DNA from: Candidatus Velesiimonas alkalicola
GTDB lineage: Bacteria > Omnitrophota > Gorgyraeia > Velesiimonadales > Velesiimonadaceae
Length of the DNA stretch: 64,000 bases
Reading direction: 5' to 3'
NCBI GenBank assembly: GCA_013626165.1
Contig: NDHX01000003.1
Span: 115-64,114, forward strand
Shown: positions 18,975 to 28,687 of the stretch, one piece after another
Position numbering within the stretch: the stretch's first letter is position 1
How the letters are laid out: every line of letters begins with the position of its first letter
The notes under the pieces: generated by a model
Databases searched by the model: none
Told to the model about the DNA's origin: nothing
The model's input: only the letters and a program-made list of their open reading frames with translations
Translations under genes and position numbers: made by a program

Positions 18975-19937
18975 TTACGCCCACCACATCCTGCCAGCAG
19001 ATTCTTTTAATATAATTTTTTTAAGAAAATCCACCGCTTTATAAAATCCTTCGTCTTTGCTCATAAGACTGTCTTCATGCTCTATTGAAAGAACCCCGTC
19101 ATACCTGACCATACGAAGTGTACTTACAAAGTCTTTCCAGAAATCTTCACCATGCCCATATCCAACTGTTCTGAATATCCATGACCTTACGCTTTCTTTT
19201 CCATAAGATTTTGTATCCAGAACCCCGTTTATTTTTGAATTTGCCTCGTATATTTTTGTATCTTTTGAATGAATATGGAATATTGTTTTCTCCAGCGCCC
19301 TTACCGATAATATCGGGTCTATGCCCTGCCAGAAAAGGTGGCTCGGGTCAAAGTTTGCACCTATATTTTCCCCACATTCTGCCCTTAACCTTAATAATGT
19401 CTCTGTATTGTAGACAACAAAACCGGGATGCATCTCAAAACATATTCTTACTCCATGCTCTCTGGCTACTTTCGCCTCTTGTTTCCAGTAGGGTATAACC
19501 TTTTTATTCCACTGCCATTCCACAATCTGTGTAAAATCCTCAGGCCAGGGACAAGTAACCCAGTTAGGGAATTTTGCATCTTCACTATCACCCGGACACC
19601 CGGAAAAATTTACCACATTTTTTACACCCAATTTTTTTGCAAGTCTAATGGTCTTTCTATGTGTCTGGTGATGTTCTCTTGCTATTTTTTTATCAGGATG
19701 CAGAGGATTTCCATGACAGGAAAGCGCACTTATTATAAGTCCATTGTCTTTTATCATAGCAAGGTATTCCTTGCATTTCCCGTCACTTTCAAGAAGTTTA
19801 TCCACAGGGCAATGTGAAGAGCCGGGATAGTTTCCAGTCCCAATTTCAATTGCCTCAAGTCCTGCCTCTGCAAATTTTACAAGTGCTTTTTCAAATTCTA
19901 CATCTCCATAAAGAACAGTAAATACACCAAGTTTCAT
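18975..19937 (-). CDS. Sugar phosphate isomerase/epimerase (TIM barrel)
   Basis: HGNPLHP, EMHPG, NFDPSHLFWQG, HSKD, SIEHED. Confidence 0.88.
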   Translation of the reverse strand: MKLGVFTVLYGDVEFEKALVKFAEAGLEAIEIGTGNYPGSSHCPVDKLLESDGKCKEYLAMIKDNGLIISALSCHGNPLHPDKKIAREHHQTHRKTIRLAKKLGVKNVVNFSGCPGDSEDAKFPNWVTCPWPEDFTQIVEWQWNKKVIPYWKQEAKVAREHGVRICFEMHPGFVVYNTETLLRLRAECGENIGANFDPSHLFWQGIDPILSVRALEKTIFHIHSKDTKIYEANSKINGVLDTKSYGKESVRSWIFRTVGYGHGEDFWKDFVSTLRMVRYDGVLSIEHEDSLMSKDEGFYKAVDFLKKIILKESAGRMWWA

Positions 19938-19963
19938 ATTCCCCTCCAATTTTTAATTTTTTC

Positions 19964-21118
19964 TTATATTTTTATCCATTTTTTTTCTTTAACAGATTGC
20001 ATTACAGCATCTAACACTTTCTGACATTTAAGCCCATCCTCAAAATTAGGAGAAGGCATCCTGTTATCAGCAATATCATTGAGAAGATCATATATAGTGT
20101 TTATAAATGTATGCTCATAGCCTATTATATGTCCGGGTGGCCAGTAGCCGTCTATATATGGATGAATACCTGGTTCGGTAACAAGTATTGTCCTGAAGCC
20201 CTGTATGTGTGAAGGGTCTTTTCTTGAATAAAATTTAAGTTCATTCATTCTCTCAAACTCAAAAACAAGACTTCCTTCACTTCCATTTATTTCTATTTTT
20301 TCACCATTTTTTCTTCCTGCTGCAAATCTTGTTGCCTCAAAACTTCCCAGTGCTCCATTTTTAAACCTTGCAAGAAAAAGCATCGCATCGTCAACCGTAA
20401 CCTTACCCTTCTTGGGAGAACTTTTGGCAGAAAGTCCTTCCGTTGTTGCAGATAATACAGGTCTTTGTTTTATAAATGTTTCACTGCAACCTACAACCTC
20501 ATCAAAATCTCCTGCAAGAAACCTTGTAAGGTCTATAAGATGAGCATTTAAGTCACCGTGTGAACCTGAACCTGCAACCCTGCTGTCCAACCTCCATACA
20601 AGAGGAAATTCAGGATTTATAATCCAGTCCTGCAAATAAACAGCCCTTATATGGTATATCCTTCCGATTCTTCCCTCATCTATAATTTTTTTTGCAAGAG
20701 AAATGGCAGGAACCCTCCTGTAATTAAAACAAATCATATGTTTTACTCCTGCTTTTTTAACCGCATTAACCATCTTTTTTGCTTCTTCACTATTCATAGC
20801 AAGAGGTTTTTCACAAAGAATATGCTTCCCTGCTTTTGCTGCCTCAATGGCAATCTCACAGTGCGTATCATTGGGGGTTGAAATATCAACCAGATGTATG
20901 TCATCTCTTTTTATAAGTTTTTTCCAATCAGTTTCATATGTTTCCCATCCCCAGTTTTGTTGAACATTTATCACTTCTTTTTCATGCCTTCCGCATATAG
21001 CTCTCATTACCGGTTTAATCTTTGGCTTAAAAAATTTATTTACTTTCAAAAAAGCGTTTGAATGAGCCTTTCCCATAAACTTATAACCTACAAGTCCTAC
21101 ACCAATTGTATCAGCCAT
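19964..21118 (-). CDS. Gfo/Idh/MocA family oxidoreductase
   Basis: GYKFMGKAH, CEKPLA, FNYRR, GDLNAHLID. Confidence 0.92.
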   Translation of the reverse strand: MADTIGVGLVGYKFMGKAHSNAFLKVNKFFKPKIKPVMRAICGRHEKEVINVQQNWGWETYETDWKKLIKRDDIHLVDISTPNDTHCEIAIEAAKAGKHILCEKPLAMNSEEAKKMVNAVKKAGVKHMICFNYRRVPAISLAKKIIDEGRIGRIYHIRAVYLQDWIINPEFPLVWRLDSRVAGSGSHGDLNAHLIDLTRFLAGDFDEVVGCSETFIKQRPVLSATTEGLSAKSSPKKGKVTVDDAMLFLARFKNGALGSFEATRFAAGRKNGEKIEINGSEGSLVFEFERMNELKFYSRKDPSHIQGFRTILVTEPGIHPYIDGYWPPGHIIGYEHTFINTIYDLLNDIADNRMPSPNFEDGLKCQKVLDAVMQSVKEKKWIKI

Positions 21119-21181
21119 ATGTTCTCCTATTTTTTTATGTTTACCGTTAACTGTTCACCGTATTCCGTTACCCATATTCCA

Positions 21182-21263
21182 TATCCCGTCGCCCGTATTC
21201 CGTATACCGCATTTCATAAAAGATACTTACGATGATATACGAACAAAGGTTTTCCCTGTTATC
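21182..21263. repeat. Dispersed intergenic repeat, copy 1
   Basis: 21182-21244 matches 39157-39219 with 3 mismatches in 63 nt. Confidence 0.85.
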
Positions 21264-21291
21264 CATCACTTATAACCCTGCTTACTGTTTT

Positions 21292-22992
21292 TTAAAACAG
21301 TCCCACTATTTTTCCTTTCTTATCAATATCAACCCTTTCACCGCAGGGTTCTGTAGGAAGTCCCGGCATTGTTCTCATTGTCCCGCAAAGAGGATATAGA
21401 AAACCAGCACCTACTGATGCCCTGATATCTCTTACAGGTAATGTATAGCCCGTAGGTCTTCCCTTCCGTTCAGGGTCGTGTGAAAGTGAAAGATGTGTCT
21501 TTGCCATGCATACAGGCACTCTATCAAATCCCCATTCTGTGTACTGCTTTATCTTTTTCTCTGCAATCGGCGAATATTCAACCTTTGCTGCACCATATAT
21601 TTCAGTGGCAATCGCTTTAATTTTTTCTTTTATAGAAATATTAAGCGGATATAAGAACCTGAACTTGTTCGGTTTATCTGTTGCTTTTACGACTGCCTGT
21701 GCAAGGTCTTTTCCACCTTCTCCGCCTTTTTCCCATACATCACTTACAACAGCATCATCCGCCCCGGCATCAATTGCTTTTTTTCTTATAAGAGCAATCT
21801 CTTTATCTGTATCGGTTGTGAACCTGTTTATTGCTACAACAACAGGCACCTTAAAAAGCCTCATATTTTCTATCTGTTTTTCAAGGTTACATATACCTTC
21901 TTCTATTGCCGGAAGATTTTCTTTTGTCAAACCCGGGTCAAGCGGTTTTCCTGCCACAACCTTGAACTTTCCTGAGTGCATCTTCAGCGCCCTTACTGAA
22001 CATACAACAACCGTTGCATTTGGAACAAGATTGCTCTGTCTGCATTTTATATTAAAAAATTTCTCTGCACCCATATCCGCACCAAAACCTGCCTCTGTTA
22101 CAACAAAATCAGAAAGACGAACCGCTATCTTATCTGCAATAATAGATGAGTTTCCATGTGCAATATTTGCAAAAGATCCTGCATGGACAAATGCGGCGGT
22201 ATGTTCTGTTGTCTGCATAAGGTTTGGTTTTATAGCATCCTTTAACAGAGCTGTCATAGCACCCGCAACCTTTATATCTTCTGCTGTTACGGGTTTTCCA
22301 TCGTATGTGGAAGCAAGTACAATCTTCCCCAATCGTTTTCTTAAATCTTTTAAGTCTGTTGTAAGAGCAAGTATGGCCATTATCTCGCTTGCAGCAGATA
22401 TATCAAAACCTGACTCCCTGGGAACTCCATCTTCTTTTCCACCGAGTCCTATTACGATATTCCGCAGCGCCCTGTCGCTTACATCTACGACCCTTCTCCA
22501 GGTGATACTTAAAGGGTCTATATTTATTGTTCTTTTAAGAAGTGCATTGTCAAGAAATGCCGCACAAAGGTTATGCGCAAGAGATACCGCATGCACATCT
22601 CCCGTAAGATGAAGATTGAAGTCCTCCACTGGAAGAACCTGTGAATATCCTCCGCCTGCTGCGCCACCTTTTATGCCAAATACAGGCCCCAGTGAAGGCT
22701 GCCTTATACAGGTTATTATCTTTTTACCTATTTTCGCAAGCCCCAATGAAAGACCTATGGTTGTAACAGTTTTCCCCTCACCCAACGGTGTTGGTGTTAT
22801 TGCGGTTACAACAATATATTTTGCCTGTGGTCTGTTCTTTATTTTTTCAAGAATTTCAAGAATAACCTTTGCTTTGAACTTTCCATAAAGTTCAAGTTCA
22901 TCCTCTTTAATCCCGATTTTTTCTGCTATTTTTGTAATTGGTTCAATCTTCGCAGACTGCGCGATTTCCAAGTCGCTTGGTATCTTTGACAT
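21292..22992 (-). CDS. fhs: Formate--tetrahydrofolate ligase
   Basis: [40 protein letters not shown]. Confidence 0.97.
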   Translation of the reverse strand: MSKIPSDLEIAQSAKIEPITKIAEKIGIKEDELELYGKFKAKVILEILEKIKNRPQAKYIVVTAITPTPLGEGKTVTTIGLSLGLAKIGKKIITCIRQPSLGPVFGIKGGAAGGGYSQVLPVEDFNLHLTGDVHAVSLAHNLCAAFLDNALLKRTINIDPLSITWRRVVDVSDRALRNIVIGLGGKEDGVPRESGFDISAASEIMAILALTTDLKDLRKRLGKIVLASTYDGKPVTAEDIKVAGAMTALLKDAIKPNLMQTTEHTAAFVHAGSFANIAHGNSSIIADKIAVRLSDFVVTEAGFGADMGAEKFFNIKCRQSNLVPNATVVVCSVRALKMHSGKFKVVAGKPLDPGLTKENLPAIEEGICNLEKQIENMRLFKVPVVVAINRFTTDTDKEIALIRKKAIDAGADDAVVSDVWEKGGEGGKDLAQAVVKATDKPNKFRFLYPLNISIKEKIKAIATEIYGAAKVEYSPIAEKKIKQYTEWGFDRVPVCMAKTHLSLSHDPERKGRPTGYTLPVRDIRASVGAGFLYPLCGTMRTMPGLPTEPCGERVDIDKKGKIVGLF

Positions 22993-23045
22993 ACCCCTCC
23001 TTTGAATGGTGTATTATAAGATTATTTTTGATATTTCTTTATATT

Positions 23046-23573
23046 TTATGACATTTTCCCATATACTGCATTTATTGCCTTATTTCTTATCCTGCAAGAA
23101 TCGCACTTTCAGCAAGTGCAGATGCAATACTTAAAAATATTATATTTCTGGAAGGAACATATGTCTGCGGGACATTAAGTCTTATATCGGATGTTCTTAC
23201 TCTTAAACCTGAAGATGTATGAGGGCAGACTTCCAAACAGGCAGATCAAGTTTTGCAATATATAAGGGAACTTTTGCTTTTTGGACAATTTTTTTTGCAG
23301 ATTCAATCTCACATTTGTGCCTCTGGTTGCATCCTATAATGCATTGAAAACAAAATAAGGATTGCATTGATTACACAGATTTTTAAATCCGATTACACAG
23401 ATTTCGACAGCAATCTTTATCTGTGTAATCTAAACTAATCTGTGTAATCATACCTTTATTTATTTGACAGAGCACTATAAGCATGGCAAAAGGTAAAAAT
23501 CCTCTGTTTTTTGCAAAAAAAGTGTAACAGATGAATCAAGCCCTCCCGATAAAAGAACCACACACTTTTTCAC
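23046..23573 (-). pseudogene. queC: 7-cyano-7-deazaguanine synthase pseudogene
   Basis: MKKCVVLLSGGLDSS, QRHKCEIESAKKI, TYVPSRNIIFLS and CDSCRIR in broken frames, with an insertion and an internal deletion; overlaps the queD stop. Confidence 0.88.
23337..23477. mobile_element. MITE-like insertion in queC
   Basis: Imperfect terminal inverted repeats, TA on both flanks, interior of 2x GATTACACAGAT and 2x ATCTGTGTAATC. Confidence 0.7.
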
Positions 23574-23938
23574 AATATATATGTTGCTGCTGCTGTATCC
23601 TTTTCCCAAACCTTTATACTTATTATCTTAATTTTTTTTAAATCTTTATCTTTTTTTAACTCCTGTGCAATATATTTTGTAATATTTTCTGATGTTGGGT
23701 TGTTTTTTTTAAAGTATGGAATTTCATTAAGGTATGTATGGTCAATTTTTGATAATATACTCTTCAAAGAATCTCTTAAAACCGTAAAATCAATAACCAT
23801 ACCTAATCTGTTTAGGATTCCTGTTACGCTAACCTCAACCTTCCAGTTATGCCCGTGGAGTTTTTCGCATTCGCCCTGATATTCTCTTAAATTATGGGCG
23901 CCACTGAATGTCTCATATATGCAAATCTGAAACGGCAT
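23570..23938 (-). CDS. queD: 6-carboxytetrahydropterin synthase
   Basis: FSGAHNL, CEKLHGHNW, DH.YLN, NPTSEN. Confidence 0.93.
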   Translation of the reverse strand: MPFQICIYETFSGAHNLREYQGECEKLHGHNWKVEVSVTGILNRLGMVIDFTVLRDSLKSILSKIDHTYLNEIPYFKKNNPTSENITKYIAQELKKDKDLKKIKIISIKVWEKDTAAATYIL

Positions 23939-23954
23939 ATTACCTTTCCTTAAT

Positions 23955-24752
23955 CTACAAGGTTATTATTGCTGTTATTTTTTCTCCAAGAATCTTTGTT
24001 CCAATCTTTTCAAAACCTTCAGGGTCATCACTTACATAACATTTAAGGAAACCTTTATTGTTTGGACTTAAAATCTTATTTTTTTCAAGGTAATCTTTGA
24101 CAGAACTTGCACAGACGGAGGCTGAATTTACGATATAAATTTTTTTACCCAGAATCTTACTTATAGTGCTTTCAAGAATTGGATAATGCGTACAACCTAA
24201 AATAAGTGTATCTATGTTTTTATCAATTAAACCCCTTAAATACTCTCTTGCAATATCTTCAACAATCTTTCCTCCTGTTCTTCCTTCTTCAACCAGCGGG
24301 ACAAATAAAGGACAGGCTTTACTAAAAACTTTTAAACCTGAATCTAACTTAATGAGATGCTTTTGATATGACTGGCTCTTAATTGTTGTCTGTGTGCCTA
24401 TGACACCTATTCTTTTATTTCTTGTTTTCTTTGCCGCAATTTTTGCACCCGGTTCAATCACACCCATAATAGGAACAGAAAAGTATTTTTCCAGTGTTGA
24501 AAGTGCCACACTTGAAGAAGTATTGCAGGCAATGATTATTATTTTTACTTTATGTTTTAAAAAAAACAACACATTTTCTATTGAAAAACGAAGTATGGTA
24601 TCATTTGACTTTGTGCCGTAAGGAACCCTTGCCGTATCCCCGAAATATATTATAGACTCACGGGGGAGGATTTTTCTTATCTGCTTAACAACTGTAAGCC
24701 CACCGAGCCCTGAGTCAAAAACGCCTATGGGAAGCCTGCCTGGAGAAACCAT
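23955..24752 (-). CDS. murI: Glutamate racemase
   Basis: FDSGLGGLTV, PYG, ACNT, LGCTHYP. Confidence 0.96.
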   Translation of the reverse strand: MVSPGRLPIGVFDSGLGGLTVVKQIRKILPRESIIYFGDTARVPYGTKSNDTILRFSIENVLFFLKHKVKIIIIACNTSSSVALSTLEKYFSVPIMGVIEPGAKIAAKKTRNKRIGVIGTQTTIKSQSYQKHLIKLDSGLKVFSKACPLFVPLVEEGRTGGKIVEDIAREYLRGLIDKNIDTLILGCTHYPILESTISKILGKKIYIVNSASVCASSVKDYLEKNKILSPNNKGFLKCYVSDDPEGFEKIGTKILGEKITAIITL

Positions 24753-25824
24753 CTGTCTTTTCGTATAATTCTTTAAATCTTAAAATGCCATCAGCAATGG
24801 ATTCTGCAACCATTTTTTGATAGTGTGTATTTGTTAATTTGGATGCCTCCCAACGGTTTGAAAGAAAACCGACCTCAACAAGAACAGAAGGTATGTGTGT
24901 CCATTTTAACACATAAAAGCGGGCTGTCTTTGAACCCCTGTTGGGGGTGGCAAGGCTTCTGTCAAGAGAACTGACAATTAACTGTGAGAGTTGTTTTGAT
25001 TCTATCTTGTTTTCATCCTGAATAATATCCCAGAGTAGTGCTCTTATATTAAGTCCAACATTTTCAGAAATTCCCCCCTCATATTTTAAGCGACCACGCT
25101 CTACCGCTTCTTTAAGGCGGGATTCTTCATCCATAGGACCACCAAGTGAAAACACCTCAAAACCTTTTGGCCTTGTTCTTGTTCTTCTCCTTCCCCTGCA
25201 TGCATTACAGTGTATGCTGACAAAAATATCTGCACCAGATGTATTTGCAATTCTTACTCTTTGAGAAAGAGGAACAAAAACATCTGTTTTTCTTGTCATT
25301 ATAACTTCTATACCGTTGGAAAGAAGTTCTTTTTCAAGATGTCTTGCTATTGAAAGATTTATATCATCCTCATGAATACCAAAGTGCACTGCACCCGGGT
25401 CATGTCCGCCATGCCCTGCATCAATAACTATTCTTCTTATCCTGTGAACAGCGGATGGAACAAGAGCAGGAATGAGAAAAACTTGGACAGCATCCTTTGA
25501 TATAAAAAGTGCACCGCTTTTATAGATAAGCGGTAATTTAAGGGTTGTAGGTTGATTATTTATTAAAGCAGTATTTGAATTAATAAAAAATACTGCTTCA
25601 TGCTCAGGACTTCTTATGGTAAATTTCTGTGAAATGACATCCCATTCCCAAATCAAATTATTTCTGTTGCAAAATTCAACTACATTTACATATCTAGAAA
25701 TATCAGGATGTGGCACTCTTCTATATGGGGCGGGAACACAACCGGACATAAATAAAATACACATACAACCAAGCCACAAAGGCGCAAAGAAAAAATTAAA
25801 AATAAACAATTTTATGTTTTTCAT
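24715..25824 (-). CDS. N-acetylmuramoyl-L-alanine amidase (Amidase_3), probable lipoprotein
   Basis: IDAGHGGHDPGA, SIHCNA, LVEVGFLSN; MSGC lipobox-like motif. Confidence 0.92.
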   Translation of the reverse strand: MKNIKLFIFNFFFAPLWLGCMCILFMSGCVPAPYRRVPHPDISRYVNVVEFCNRNNLIWEWDVISQKFTIRSPEHEAVFFINSNTALINNQPTTLKLPLIYKSGALFISKDAVQVFLIPALVPSAVHRIRRIVIDAGHGGHDPGAVHFGIHEDDINLSIARHLEKELLSNGIEVIMTRKTDVFVPLSQRVRIANTSGADIFVSIHCNACRGRRRTRTRPKGFEVFSLGGPMDEESRLKEAVERGRLKYEGGISENVGLNIRALLWDIIQDENKIESKQLSQLIVSSLDRSLATPNRGSKTARFYVLKWTHIPSVLVEVGFLSNRWEASKLTNTHYQKMVAESIADGILRFKELYEKTDGFSRQASHRRF

Positions 25825-26066
25825 TTTTTTCTTAAAAAAAATATACCGCTCTGTTAATTCCCATTCCCTTTTATGGCAAGAGTATATTCCGTTGTCTGTT
25901 TATCTTGTACTTCATACAATACTGGGGTGGTAGCGTTTATTTGACCAAATCTGAACTTTTTTGCCTGCGCCTGCCAAAGTCCGAAGGACAACAGAGGGAG
26001 CAAAACTGACGCTCCGCCCCCCAGAGGCCTTTGAATCACTCTACATTCAAAAAATCTCAGTGATTC

Positions 26067-26456
26067 TCATTTCATTAGCCTGCTCACCAGCCAGATAACC
26101 ACCACGAGCACCAGTATCACTAATGCCAGCTTGATGATGCCCGGCCCCACCAGCCTGGCTGCTACCAGAATAAACACCAGCAAGATAACAGGCACGATAA
26201 ACCAGCCCCAGAACCTCCCGGATGGTAATTCCCTCATGGAGGTTACTCCCCCGGAGTGATCATATGCCGCCCTCCTGTCAGAATCGGAGAGCACCTCATA
26301 GGCTTCATTAAGCTGCTTCATCTTCTCGGCCGCATCCGGCGAGGTGCTCACATCGGGATGGTACTTTGCTGCCAGTCGGCGATAGGCGGCGACGACCACC
26401 TCTCTGTCTGCCTCGGGATGGACCTGCAGGGTAGCGTAATAGTCAGGCTTTCCCAT
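26067..26456 (-). CDS. J-domain protein with C-terminal transmembrane helices
   Basis: DYYATL..AYRRLAAKYHPD..LNEAYEVLSD..RAAYD; two hydrophobic segments. Confidence 0.88.
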   Translation of the reverse strand: MGKPDYYATLQVHPEADREVVVAAYRRLAAKYHPDVSTSPDAAEKMKQLNEAYEVLSDSDRRAAYDHSGGVTSMRELPSGRFWGWFIVPVILLVFILVAARLVGPGIIKLALVILVLVVVIWLVSRLMK

Positions 26457-26472
26457 TGCCTAAGTGCGGTTC

Positions 26473-27339
26473 TCATTCCCTGGGCTGCGGACTCACCAGG
26501 AATCTGAAGAGCTCGGAGTTAGATCCCAACACCAGGGTAGTTTCCCCAACAAGGAATTTCTCGTATGCCTCCAGTGTCCTCAGAAAGGCGTAGAACTCAG
26601 GGGCTTGCCCAAAGGCTTCGGCATAGATGCTGGCGGCCCCAGCTTCTCCCTCTCCCCTGAGGATCAGGGCAGCCCTCTCAGCCTCGGCCAGTAGAACCAC
26701 TACCTCTCTATCTGCGCTGGCCCTGATTTTCATGGCCTCCTGTGCCCCTTCAGCACGAGCCTCCTTGGCCATCCGGTCTCGCTCCGCTCTCATCCGGGCA
26801 AAAACAGCCTCTTCTACCCCTTCAGGGAGGTCGGCCCTTCTCATCCGGACGTCTATTACCTCGATACCAAACTCACGGCGAGCAACCTCATCTACATGTC
26901 GGCCTACGGTCTCCATAATCGGCTTCCTCTCGACGCTAATTATGTCCCAGAGGTTGTGTCGAGCAATCTCCTCCCGTAATCTGGAGATAGCAATGCTATT
27001 TAACCTGAGCCTGGCCCCATGTTCATCTCTTACCGACTCGTAAAATCGGAGCGGAACTACAATCCGCCACCGGCTGTAACTATCCACCAGCAGCCTCTCT
27101 TTGTCCAGGGTAATGAACTCCGTCGCCGGGGCATCAGCAAACAATATCCTTCTTTCCATGCGGGATACTGTTTGAATGAAAGGGACTTTGAAGTTTATCC
27201 CTGGTTCCTTGATCGTCCTTATATATTCCCCAAATTGCAGAATGATCGCCTGCTCAGCCTCGTCTATCGTAAATATGGTCTGACCTAACATGAACATGGC
27301 CGCCACTACGATTATTACGGTTATCATTAATTTTCTCAT
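26473..27339 (-). CDS. hflC: FtsH protease modulator HflC
   Basis: N-terminal TM, SPFH domain, RMRAER, GEGEA, PEFYAFLRTLEAY. Confidence 0.93.
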   Translation of the reverse strand: MRKLMITVIIVVAAMFMLGQTIFTIDEAEQAIILQFGEYIRTIKEPGINFKVPFIQTVSRMERRILFADAPATEFITLDKERLLVDSYSRWRIVVPLRFYESVRDEHGARLRLNSIAISRLREEIARHNLWDIISVERKPIMETVGRHVDEVARREFGIEVIDVRMRRADLPEGVEEAVFARMRAERDRMAKEARAEGAQEAMKIRASADREVVVLLAEAERAALILRGEGEAGAASIYAEAFGQAPEFYAFLRTLEAYEKFLVGETTLVLGSNSELFRFLVSPQPRE

Positions 27340-28370
27340 TGTTCACCCCCCAGGTCCCTCAGTGGCAGAAACGGCATCAGGTTGCCGCCGACTGCGGGAT
27401 CGATAATGATTTTCTCGGTTCCGGCAAGAACCCGTTCTATCGTCTCCAGGTATAGCCTCTGTCGGGTCACTGCCGGTGCCATCTGGTACTCCGCAAGAAT
27501 TTTGAGAAACCGCGCTGTATCACCCTCAGCCAGCGCTATCCTTTCGTCCCTAAAGGCAGTGGCGGCGTGTGTTTTCGCTGCCGCCTCTCCCCTGGCTCGG
27601 GGAACTATATCCCGGGCGTACCCTTCAGCCTCTCTCTGAAGCCTTTCCCTATCTGCCTTAGCCCGGACCACATCGTAGAAGGCTTCCCTGACTTCTTCTG
27701 GCGGGTCCACTACCTGTAGTTCCACTCTAATTACATGCAGTCCCGTCAGATGAGCATCCAGCAGAGACTGCAGAAACTCCCAGGTTCCTGCTTCTACATC
27801 AGGGCGACCCACGGTCATCGCATGATCAATATCCATGTTCCCGATAACACTGCGCAGGGCGACCTCAGTATTTACGCGCAGAGCCTCCTCGGGACCTTCA
27901 GTCCGGAATAGATAGGTAGGTGCATCCTTCACCTGATAAAGCACCAAAACCTGGACATCAGCGATATTCCTATCCCCGGTGAGCATCAGCGATTCCAATG
28001 GCATTCGCGCGTGTCTCGGCGGTCTCCCCGGCCTCTCTACCGTCCGAAAGCCGATCTCGGCCCTCCTTACCGCAAGCACATTCACCACATTATGGCTCTG
28101 AATTGGCCAGGGCAGGCGATATTTCAACCCGGGGTCAGTTTGGGATACAAATTTCCCGAATTGCCTCACCACCCCCACTTCGGCGGGCCCAACCGTGTAG
28201 ATTCCACTTGCCAGCCAGATTGCCACCACAACCCCTATTACGAGCCATATTATTGGCCCTATCTTCACCGGCTTGCCCTTCTTCTCACCACCCATCCACC
28301 CGACTATCTCCTGCCAGATATCCTCCCATGGCATCTGGCTTCCTGCTCCTCCTCCTAATCCTCCGTTCAC
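27336..28370 (-). CDS. hflK: FtsH protease modulator HflK
   Basis: MLTGD.NI, PPEEVREAF, ARGEA, VTRQRLYLET; AAGGAGG RBS before GTG. Confidence 0.93.
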   Translation of the reverse strand: MNGGLGGGAGSQMPWEDIWQEIVGWMGGEKKGKPVKIGPIIWLVIGVVVAIWLASGIYTVGPAEVGVVRQFGKFVSQTDPGLKYRLPWPIQSHNVVNVLAVRRAEIGFRTVERPGRPPRHARMPLESLMLTGDRNIADVQVLVLYQVKDAPTYLFRTEGPEEALRVNTEVALRSVIGNMDIDHAMTVGRPDVEAGTWEFLQSLLDAHLTGLHVIRVELQVVDPPEEVREAFYDVVRAKADRERLQREAEGYARDIVPRARGEAAAKTHAATAFRDERIALAEGDTARFLKILAEYQMAPAVTRQRLYLETIERVLAGTEKIIIDPAVGGNLMPFLPLRDLGGEQ

Positions 28371-28687
28371 TTCTACGCCTCCTTTCTTTTTTCTACTCGT
28401 TTTACTCGTCCGGGTTCCGTTCCCGGAGAGACTTGATTTTACACTTCATATAATACAGTTAATGTGTTTATTTAACCAAACCTAAACCCTTTGCCTGCTC
28501 GCCAAAACCCGAAAAGCAACGAAGGGAACTAAGCCAACCGCTTCTGTTTTGCTCCGGCGGCAACGCTTCCGACATATTTACTCTGTTCTCCACAACGAGA
28601 AAAACATAAACCCTGATTGATTGGGAATTTCCTCTAAATTATTTTCAATTGGTCTTGTTTTTAAGTTAATTTTCCCATACAATTTTA

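Noticed and set aside
22150-22190. Fhs motif [11 protein letters not shown] instead of the usual GPFANIAHG
   Set aside because: A single substitution in an otherwise intact gene; its effect cannot be judged from sequence.
21506-22612. 368-aa plus-strand ORF
   Set aside because: Antisense shadow of fhs with no recognisable motifs; the same applies to the many other plus-strand ORFs over housekeeping genes.
25854-26039. 61-aa ORF at the edge of the GC-rich block
   Set aside because: No motif or clear RBS, and it spans a compositional junction.
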